Source: Psilocybe cubensis
Lineage: Eukaryota
DNA length: 64,000 nucleotides
NCBI GenBank assembly: GCA_017499595.2
Contig: CM038998.1
Location: forward strand, 992,001 to 1,056,000
Direction of reading: 5' to 3'
Below the pieces are notes generated by a model. The model had not been told where the DNA came from and ran no database searches. It worked only from the letters and a program-made list of their open reading frames with translations. The position numbers were made by a program, and so were the translations under genes. Position 1 is the first letter of the stretch. Each line of letters starts with the position of its first letter. Of this stretch, positions 50,809-60,991 are shown piece by piece.

Positions 50809-51912
50809 GATGCGATAAGTATGTCGGGTCACAGATTAACAGGTTGGTATATATATCGGACAAAAAACTAAGAAGAAAGAAGAAAGCTGAGTATGAAGAA
50901 CTCAGTATTCGAGCTCAACGTTCAGGTGTAACGGAACAATAATACCGGTTAAGAAATTTGTGGCCCTGTGGAGGAACCGCGTTTTCCCACGTTCAAATTA
51001 CCGTTGGCGTGAGCGTCATTGGCCAAAGCTTTACATTCTTGCTCTGTCCATATTTGCGTGTTGTTGGAACGAACACGGACCACTCATTGCATTCATTCTC
51101 TTTTCCTTTAATCAAAGTGATTTTGACTGCATATGCATTTTGGTCAGACAATTTTGCTTGCCCATACAAGACACTCAAGCGCCAAAATTGGATGGACTCT
51201 GGAGGCTCGAAGTTCGCGGGATGCTTAACACGAATACATCGATATCAATCGTGTGTCAGTGATGTTCATTGTTTCCATTCTATAGGATGTCTGTCACCGC
51301 GAAACGTTGGTTATCAAGCATTTGCAAAACCTTGAATTCCTACCCAACAGTCAACTAAAACCTCACACTCCGAAGCTACTCCAATTCGCGTTTCATCTAC
51401 TTGTTTTGGCTTTAGGAGAATACGTGTCGAACAGAGTGGCATACGACCATTCAATTTAATGGTATTTATTGCTGACGACGGAGAAACTCGCTCCTCCATA
51501 CTCCAGGGGCGATAGTTAATATTAATCACAGAATGTTGATCAGGCCGATAGCATGCTCATTAAAAGGAATAATCATTATTCGTACTACTATTGGAAACCA
51601 ACGTTTTTACGATACCAAAGACACAATACACAGTATGCGATAGGAAACGAAAGTAGCGCGTATGTACAGGTGTTAACCAAATGAAAGAAGGTATATACAT
51701 GACAAATTTGAATTGATCGTATAGCTACAATGGGGACGGAAGATCAAGGCCGTCGTAAATAAACTAACTGTAAACTAGAAAACCGAAGAATATAACAAAT
51801 GGTCGAGAGATTGAAGTGACATAGAATTGTGGGTATATCAAAACCATTCGTTGAAAGAATGGTGATTGCGAAAAAATAATCCGATTCTTCATCGTGGCGT
51901 GGTCTTAACTCC

Positions 51913-54900
51913 TTAAGAGTAAATACTGTCTTCGTCAACGGCTCTGAGAGCTCTTAAAAATGACGGAGATATGGTTTTCGCATCGTCAAAGATGCGCAGT
52001 GATGGTGCAAGGCCTCCCGGGGAGGCTGCCGCTTTGATATGACAAAGGTCGAGGAACGCCACGGTAAAAGCAAATTTCGGCGAGTCACAATATGCGTACG
52101 ACGCTTTGATCTGTTTGAGTTGTTTTTTGAGGAGGAAGATCCCTTCAATCGGTGCTGCATAAGCCTGGGTACATTCCAACATCAAATCTTCGTTTTTGGC
52201 CTTTTTGAACGGTTTGCCTTTAACAGGCGACTGTTTTTCTTTCGCCTTCGCACAGGCAATTATCCACTTGTCTTTCGCCTTGTTGACGTGTGCTCGGATG
52301 TTACTCAACTCCTCCAAGAATTTTGGCATTTTTTGAGATTCTTTTGCCTCAAGTGCAAATTTGAACATATCGTCATATGGACTTCTTAGGTCTTTGTCCT
52401 GGTTGTCGTATTTCGAAGGCCTTTTCGCTTCATACCGCTCGAAGAGCTCATCTGCTTTCTTCTTAGCGGCGTCGTTGAGGAGGAAAAGTATGTCGCGGTT
52501 AGGTGCCTTATCCTTGAGAGCTTGGATATCTGGAGATGTGTTGCTGTACTTCGCAAGGTCCTTCGCTTTGATACCCTGTTTTAGTCTATGACCCGTCTTG
52601 CTGGCATCCAACAACGTCGTGAATCTGATGAATTATTGTCAGTATATCCTTCAAATTCATAAAAAAAAGGGTACATGTATGCCAGGCGAATAGTTTTTGA
52701 GTCATGGTAGCCATACGCGATCGCGGCATTCTTGTGCATCATGTTATAGAGCCCAACCTCAGAGTCGTTGAGATTGGCCAGGAGATGAGCCATAAATGCC
52801 TCGTTTGTCGCGCGTGGCGAAATATATTTATTATGACAGAAGTCGCGCACGCTCTGGACTTTAGAGCCTGATTCGAAATTGTCCTTCATGAAATCCTTTG
52901 GTTGCTCAACCAAAGGCGTATTTTTGAACGGCGCGACAATGTCCTCGGCCCATATCACAATGGATTGATCTTCAGCACCGGTTCAGATATTTATCTGCCA
53001 CCAGACCAAATTGTAACCATACCTCCGTCCATATCTGACAGAATTCATGAGCGAGAAACTATTATAGACAGAAATTTCTGTACATACCTCCATCAGAGAG
53101 TTGATTGGCCAAACTTCTATATCCTTTGATCGGCAAAACGACAACATCCTGAAACAATTCCAACTCCCTATAGTAACAAGCAGTTACCTAGAAATCGAGG
53201 TTAACCATTGTCAAAGCATGGAAGATCAAACTACCTTCTTCATGTCGGAGCCCAACATGATCGGATACCGACCAATCTGTTGCGTAACTGTGTAACTATA
53301 GCAGTGCATACCCACAAATTTAACCCACAATTACTGGCCCTTCTAGGGTATGCTTAAGCATGCTTGATGCTGGGTCCTTACGAGGTTTGGAGAACTGATA
53401 AAAAATCTCGTCTTCTTCGAGAACTCCGAAATAATCTATAAAAGGGTACAATTAAAGCATCGCACAAGAGAACACCAACAAGTGACCGGACCTGGAGCAA
53501 TATATGCGCCAAGGGATTCAGGAATCGGTATACGATACTTTTGTATGGAAGTGCGCATGGCACTATCGACGATCCATCGAATCTTGTCGTACAAAAGTTC
53601 CATTTCAGCGGGGTGAAACCCAGCCTGAATAAGTTCAGCAGCGACTTCATGAAGGGCATATGGTGCTAACAAAAGTATTAGCAAAGGTAGAAAAAAGCAA
53701 GAAGTTCGTTCGCTTACCGCCACTGTACATATTCCTGCCTGTATTCAAGGTAGGTCCATCATCAGCACCTTCAACACCATCCTCATCGGCATCGATGTCA
53801 TCATTATCACGGCCCCAATCGCGTCCTTTCAAACCAAGTGCACGGTTAAGAGCAACTGAAATTCGCTGGGTTCTAGACCCAGAAACATTGCCGCATTTAT
53901 TAATGGCGTCCCATAAGAAAACCATTGCGTGTGGTCTATCCCAGTCCATGAGCGGTGCAACATCTTCTTCCAGTCCTTCTTCCATAAGCCGTATAAGTGT
54001 CTCGGCAGGAACTCCGTTGTTAAAAAGGTTTACAATGCTCTGTTCGGATAGACATATAGAAGAAGAGGGACGTGAAGGGCCGAGAAGGTCGAAAATCCTA
54101 TGGGAGCGATCAAACTCGCTATACTTGATCTTGTTCTGAGAATTTCGAATCCAAATCTTCGGTTCGTCAGAGGTATCGTCAGGATGTAGAATCCACAAGC
54201 CCTTTGCACCAGCAATACGTCCTTGTACGGCTGCAGGAAGTGCTTCGTAATCCATGTGCTTGACGATGGCATGTAAAGCTGAATGGTTTATATAACCACA
54301 TCCATCAGTCATTAATTTTTCGGCCGGAGGATTGGGTTTTCCTTCAGGCCAGTCATCGGTGGCTGAAATTACAGCAATCTGGTTAGCACAGCGCGCGGAT
54401 GATTAGAATGTGGACGTACTAATGTCATCTATGAAGATTATATTTTTTGCCTGGAATTCCAGGGCAGGTACCGAATTCGACAAACCAATAGCAAAACGCG
54501 TCGCATACTTGGTGATTGTCTGGAAAGAGAAGACGTTGTCACGATAGCATAGTTGCATATCAGATCACTAACCTGGTTGTAATTCTTGGGTTCTGCGAGA
54601 GGATTGTGCCAATTGATAAATTTACAAAATGGCATGCGATACTGATCACCAAAGAAGTCCATGGATAAGCGTCCATAGTTCTGGTCAGTTTCAACCATGT
54701 AAAGTGAACCTTCTTTAGAGTGGAAAGGGACAAAGATTCGACCACATAGCACAAAACTTCTCGTGAGAAACTTTACCACTTGATGACTTTCTTTCTGCAG
54801 AGTTTGTTCAGGAATACGAAGCTGAAGAAACCTCCTTGAACCATAGAAACGAGCAAAACGATGAGATCGGCGTTTCTCCATGGGCTCGAGAATAATCTTA

Positions 54901-56512
54901 TAATTTCCATTTTCACCGATCAAACGAGCGAGCTGTTGGATCTGGCCGCCGTACCAGTTCTGGTTGGATTGATTGAGACCAAGACCAGCGCCTTGGTTCT
55001 CGAAGATAGCATCTTGCTCACGGTCAAGCTCCTGCCTGTGGGAAATGATGGTTCTTTAGAAATTAGACAAATTGATGTAAAGGCAATACACAAACCAAAG
55101 ACTGAGATCAATAGATTCCTTTAGCATATTTTCCTGACCACGCAAAACACTCCTTACTCTGTAAGCAGAGTCGGCAGATTTGCCTTGCAATTTCGCAATA
55201 TTTTCTCGGACATTGGCCCAAGTCCAAGCTCCATTGGCAACACCGCGTGCAAGTTCATATTGTGTACCCCATGCGATCAGATTGTTGTCCAACATTTTTT
55301 GTGTCTCGTCACAATGTGCAATTATGCATTGTTCTAGGTCTGCGCAAAATAAACTGTTTGCGAACCTTACGACCGCTGCATCCGTGCCTGGCTGGTCAGA
55401 GATAATGGGCAGGGTTTGGTTTAGTTTCTTAGAAGGCTGAGGCTGCGATTTAGGCGTTTTTCGTGTAGTCACATTGTCTGACCGATGTGTGTTGAAAATA
55501 TCATCCACACGAGTAGGCGTCGAAAAAAGGTGCGTCGTTTGTTCAGAACCTTTGCTAGAAGAAGCAACGGACGAAAAGCTACTTGCAGAAGATATCGGAG
55601 GAGAGAAAAGAGAGCTTCTTGAAGATAAGGATGAGTTCGTGAATAATGTATCTTGTGAATACGATGGTCGAGTGGGCGATGGCACAGATTCGATATCTGT
55701 TGGGACTGAAGATGGATTATCAATGCATGGTTCAACGAAGTTGTTTGAAGTCGGACGTAAGTCGAACCTTCATCATTATCAGAATCATCGATAATAATCG
55801 GCTATATTCATGTAAATGTAAGTATTGATTACAATGATTGTGATGATAACATACTTTCTCTCGGATCCTAGTTTCTTTGGTCGCTAGTAAGATTGGTTAA
55901 ATTGTAATTGATCTAGAATATAAAGAAATATTCGAGCTCACGAGATCCTCTACCAAGATTTAGATTCTTGAAGGCAGAATCTATGCCTGAACTAATACTA
56001 GAGGATATGCTTGCTGTTTTACTGACATCCTTAACGGGGGTTCGGACGTCTAGGACGCCAGTCCGACTGGATGATGGTATATTGCTTGGTTTACCTAGTA
56101 ATAGAATAATGTTTCAGCGATTGCCAAGTATAGCACTGCACTGTAGACATTTTACCATGCGATTGAGGTGTTGCAATTGTAAATGGGGAAGAGGTTTTCA
56201 AAGGGTTTAATGCAGGCGTGTGTCGAGTATCTGATTTTTTCGGAGCTACTGGAGTCGTGTAATTCATTACTGCCTTTCCATTTTGTCGTCCTGGAGATGA
56301 AGTCCAAGCATCGTCTGTATGGTTAGTCAGTCAAAGCCAGACTCTTCACTGGTGTCAGGCCACAAATACGAACCATCCTGCTCCTCGTCGGATGACTCAA
56401 CGTAGACAGTTCCACGAGAATCACCGCTATTTCCCTTTCCCTTTGTTATTTACACGCATTTCCATTGTAATCTACAAAAAACACGAACCTTATTGGGCAC
56501 TTGTTTAGGCAT
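51913..56512 (-). CDS. RNA-dependent RNA polymerase of RNA silencing (QDE-1-like)
   Basis: RFARFYGSRRFL, KYATRFAIGLS, MTDGCGYIN, AVQGRIAGAKGLW, the spliced catalytic motif LSDG|DMDG|DQSIVIW, and LLDASKTG. The start MPKQVPNK at 56512 is inferred. Confidence 0.93.
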
Positions 56513-56821
56513 CAAGGACCCAGATAGAGTCTTGAAATAAAACTACAACGACTGAAACTGAGTTAGAGGTATCACAAAGCGGGTATAGAGATGATGAAGG
56601 TTGATATCCAAGAAAGAAGAGTTGAGATTAGACTGTTGATAACGGGCTCATGACATCCGCCCAACTTCACCAGGCACTAACGGAACGAGGAAAGAAGGAG
56701 AGTGACGAAGCCAAGAATAAATTTGTGACCTATCACGTGAGAGACGCGTTCTGTTCCGCGTGATTCTGTCACGTTCGAAGTTCTCAACACCGTTTATCCA
56801 CTGTTCCAACAAACTACCATC
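56513..56821. promoter_or_regulatory. Short bidirectional promoter between the RdRP and centrin, with E-box and MCB-like motifs
   Basis: About 310 bp between divergent ATGs, containing TCACGTGA at 56733-56740, ACGCGT at 56744-56749 and CCGCGT at 56756-56761. Confidence 0.5.
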
Positions 56822-57537
56822 ATGTATACATCCTCTGCTGCTCAAAAAGCCAAGAGACGCACACATACCCGCCCTGAACTTACGGACGAACAGAAACAAG
56901 AAATTAAAGAGGCTTTTGAACTCTTCGACACGGACAAGGATGGATGTGTTGACTATCACGAATTGAAAGTCGCGATGCGAGCCCTAGGGTTCGACCTGAA
57001 GAAGGCTGAAGTGCTGAAACTTCTCCGAGACCATGATAAAGAGAACTCTGGCCTAATGGACTTCCAGGATTTTGCCAAAATCAGTGAGTAAACAAGACAT
57101 TACAAATGTGTGGGGCTGGATGCTTTCTGTCACGGACGACGCGCCCAAGCCACGGGAGCATATAAAATACCTTAGATGGCTGGAACCCATCTTCTTTTTC
57201 CACGCTCCTGCTTAGAAGTTTGGCTCACAGCGTGTATTTCACAGTGAGCGAACGGATATTAGAACGTGATCCAATGGAAGAGATTCGTCGAGCTTTCAAA
57301 CTGTTCGACGACGATGGAACGGGCAAGATTAGTCTGAGAAATCTCAGGCGTGTAGCCAAGGAGATTGGGGATAGATTGGAGGATGACGAATTGTGAGTCT
57401 GCCACCTCATATGGTTCCTGACATGACCATTACTGACCTTTCTATACAGAAAAGCTATGATTGACGAATTCGATCTTGATCAGGATGGCGAAATCAGTGA
57501 ACAAGAGTTCTTCGCCATCATGACAGACGATGCGTAA
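56822..57537 (+). CDS. CDC31: Centrin (EF-hand spindle-pole-body protein)
   Basis: [87 protein letters not shown]. Three exons. Confidence 0.93.
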
Positions 57538-59789
57538 CCGCAGCTCCCTCGCCCTGTCCGTGGATTCGTGTCGTACCTGCTTGTTACGCTATCATCTATT
57601 TTACCGCATTCGTCTTGTCTCTTCATGTATTCCCCATGCTTTCGCATTACATCTCACTGTGTGATTATAATCCCTAGTTGTGAGTGTCATCTTCTATCTC
57701 TATGTTCCACGCAACTCTCAAAATACTCATTGCTACTCCGCAGACTTCTACCACCGTTGTATTAGCTACTTGTTCAGCATATATAACAATGCCGAACCTA
57801 TATTTGTCAAACGGCGATGTTAAGTATCAGTTTGGCAGCAAGATACTGTATCTCGATTGATGCTTCAGCCCATATTTTGCAACTTTTTCCTTCGACAAGC
57901 CAGAGCGGAATGGGAACTTTATTACAAACCGTTCTCCATCGGTTTGGGCTGGCAAGAAATCGCTCAAATTATCCCGGTCCCAATCGACGAGAAATTCCTT
58001 CATTTCGGATGCCTCAGAGAACGAGGAACAACGGAGAAAGAACCACATTTCCAACACGCTTAACTTTTTTCCTCTCCCTCAACCTTCACTCACTCTGTAA
58101 GCTTTTATTAGCCTCACAACTTTTGCCTGCCTACATTATTTCGCGTTGCTCACGTTCATGCCGTTAGACGTTGCTCTGTAGCCAATCGATTTATTCTCGG
58201 AGGTCTTTACAAGAGAAAATGTTAAGCGATTCTTCCAGGGATGCGGCAAAACTGGTTGATCTCGGACAAATAACTGGGACCCATGAGAAAAAAACGATGA
58301 TGTCAAGGTAAGAGCTTGACTGTACTTTCAAAGCTTTGAGCTATCGCCGAAAAACAGTTGGGCCATTCCCCAGGTATTCAATGATACCATATGAACCAGT
58401 GGGGGATGTTCAGCACGATCGCCGACAAGGTGAAAGGATCCGAAGAGTAAGGCGAAAGTGTGGGGCCATGCAGTCGTAAGTCATACTCTCAAAGACTCAT
58501 GTTGCCATGACCTTCGCAATTTGCTGAAACTCAAGTGGGCCTCCAGACATCCCATCTCAAGGCAATCGGTCCTGAAGGCCAAGGAACGAGGGAACGATAG
58601 ACACACTTTACGTCTCGCATTCGTTCCTTCCTCCACAGGCACACCCGATTTTCGGGAACAAGCAAGTAGGTGTCCATTCTTCGTATCTCATTGAATAGTC
58701 CCTTGGGGATTTTACATTGAGAGGCTTGTGGTAAAAACTCTAATTCATATAACAAAGTAGCCGCAGGTTACTGACAAGAAACTGGCAAGGTGAATAAACA
58801 AATTGCCTCTTCATTGAATAGAAATCTTTTAGCACTGATCTTGCTTGCATTTGTTTGCTCCAGGTGTAAACTACCTGCCCCGTTTAGACGCATGGCCCCG
58901 GAGCTTGCTGGACTCGGCCTAACTTGGAAAATCTATCTCAGATCCTCCGTCATATAACAGACCGATTTTCGGCAATTGGGGATTCTGTTATCTGCAACAA
59001 AGCAAAAAGCGGGGAAAACGGAGGCAAGTTCTCTCATTTGTCCTCAGCGCTTTTCGATGTATTGCAATCCGTTTTGAAGAGATAGGACACCCAGGAAACG
59101 GCCGAACATGCTATGGGAAATAAGCGGCCGATAAGCCCGTAATGTAACTGAAGATATCTTTAATGAGGACGGATGCTGGATCGTCCTTGACAGGCCTTGT
59201 GAGGATGAGAGATAAACTTCTAACGGTGTTTCGTTGTGTCTCATATCGGTAGTTGTTTTATTGCCGTTATATTTTCCTTGTCTATTGCAACAGATTGCAA
59301 CTCTTTTGCAGAATCTTGGTATTGAATGTCCGTTTATGGGCAATTGTAGGCAATTGTGGACGCCATGTTGGGACAGGCAAAGGCCGAAACGCTCAATCCG
59401 GATATCTGTTCCCGATGGCGAGAATCAAAAAACAAGCGTGCAAGGTCCCTAATCCGTCGTTAAACCGGCAATTTCAAGGTAATACACTAGGCACGGTCGA
59501 GATTTGTAACCGTTTATTATTTCTTTGCGACCTTGCTTCACATATGCACCATCTTGGTGCTCATAAAGTGTGTTTGGTGGTCAGCTGTGCTCAGATGTTC
59601 TGGATATCCTAAGCCATAGACCAGGGGGAGTGCCCCCAACGAAAAACCAATTCGTTTACCGGAGAGATCAGCAAAGATAGCTTTATTTTCAATGCCATGC
59701 TTCATATGCCATGCCGTCGAAAAACTTTATTGCAGGTGACCATGGACGATCCCGGCCAGATGGCATACTGGATCCCGGCAATGTTCCTC

Positions 59790-60991
59790 AGGACCCCTGA
59801 CAATAGGCCCAGAGGACGTTCCGTCGGACGGACAAAAATTTTGAAAATCGACCCCTTCGGACGTTCCGAAACCGGACAGAAATCCCAGATTTTGAGCAAA
59901 ATGTCGTTCCAAAAATCCGGACAGAAAAGTTGCAGGACCGCCGAGGTCGATCCAAAAACCGGACATATATCGTGATCAACGACCCTCAAAATATAAGTCA
60001 TCGGTTAGTATAGAGGCTGAGCGTGTAGTCGCTCCCGCCCTTCGTATTGTGATACTACGTCGTTGTTTCTAATCTCAATATCGCCTTTTTAGTATTTTGC
60101 CCTTAGTAAACCCATAGTTCAAGAGAATAAAAAAGGCAATGAAAATGTTTGCAAAGCGAAATTTAGATATTATTACATAGATTTTCTGCATCACACATTC
60201 AATTGTAGTTCCTTTTTCTTGATGATAGGATTCAGATTGGCAAAGGTAAAGTGGACTATCAGTTGGAGCTGTTTCGATGTAGTGACTAATGATCACGCCG
60301 TACTTTAGTCATTGCTTTGAGTGAGAAACCAAACGGAAAGCACTCACGAAACCAGCCGGTTGCGACTACTACCAATGTCTGTGCCCTTTCAAAAGCATCT
60401 TTTCAAGTCTTCGAGCACAGTCATGGCCTCTACTTCACTGCAAGACCCACCAAAACTGCCTTGCTCAATGTATCTGAATTTGCACACCTGCCTTCCTGCA
60501 AGTTACTCACCCTCCTCTATCATAAACCCTTGTCTGTCACTGCAGCAGGTTTTGAAGTTCATGCGCAAGATATTTCGCTTTACAAGACATTGGTTGAGGG
60601 AGTAGGGAGCATCAAAAAAGCGATGAAAATGTTTGCAAAGCGAAACCTAGATAGTAGTACATAGCTTTTTTTGCATCGCATACTCGTTTTATGGTTTTGT
60701 ATTGTACTAGGCAGGTTTTTTTTTATTACAGTGATTCTTAACATTGTTCTGAAGCGTCCCATTTGCGACTGAACTCAGCTGAACGCGCGCAGCGGCGAAA
60801 AAATCGATTTTTAGGCCTGTCCGGACACAAATTGGGCCTCCCGAGGGTTGTTCCCGATTTCCGGACAAATTTTTGAAAAAATTGGTAGGTCGTTCTATAT
60901 CCGGACAGAAATTTTGAAAATCGCGACGGACAAAAAACCCAAAAATCGACCTTTTTCGGGAACGTCCTCTGGGCCTATTGTCAGGGGTCCT
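59790..60991. mobile_element. Non-autonomous cut-and-paste DNA transposon, 1,202 bp, with 33-bp perfect TIRs and an 8-bp TSD
   Basis: The TIR AGGACCCCTGACAATAGGCCCAGAGGACGTTCC at 59790-59822 has its exact reverse complement at 60959-60991. TGTTCCTC is duplicated at 59782-59789 and 60992-60999. Confidence 0.92.
60317..60664 (+). pseudogene. Residual coding fragment inside the transposon, possibly a transposase C-terminus
   Basis: A 115-codon open frame without an ATG start: NGKHS..ALSKASFQVFEHSHGLYF..EFAHLPSCKLLTLL..IKKAMKMFAKR*. Confidence 0.5.

Noticed and set aside
59825-60935. Short repeated CGGACA units as a CRISPR-like array
   Set aside because: The context is eukaryotic, the units are short and irregular, there are no cas genes, and they are explained as transposon subterminal repeats.
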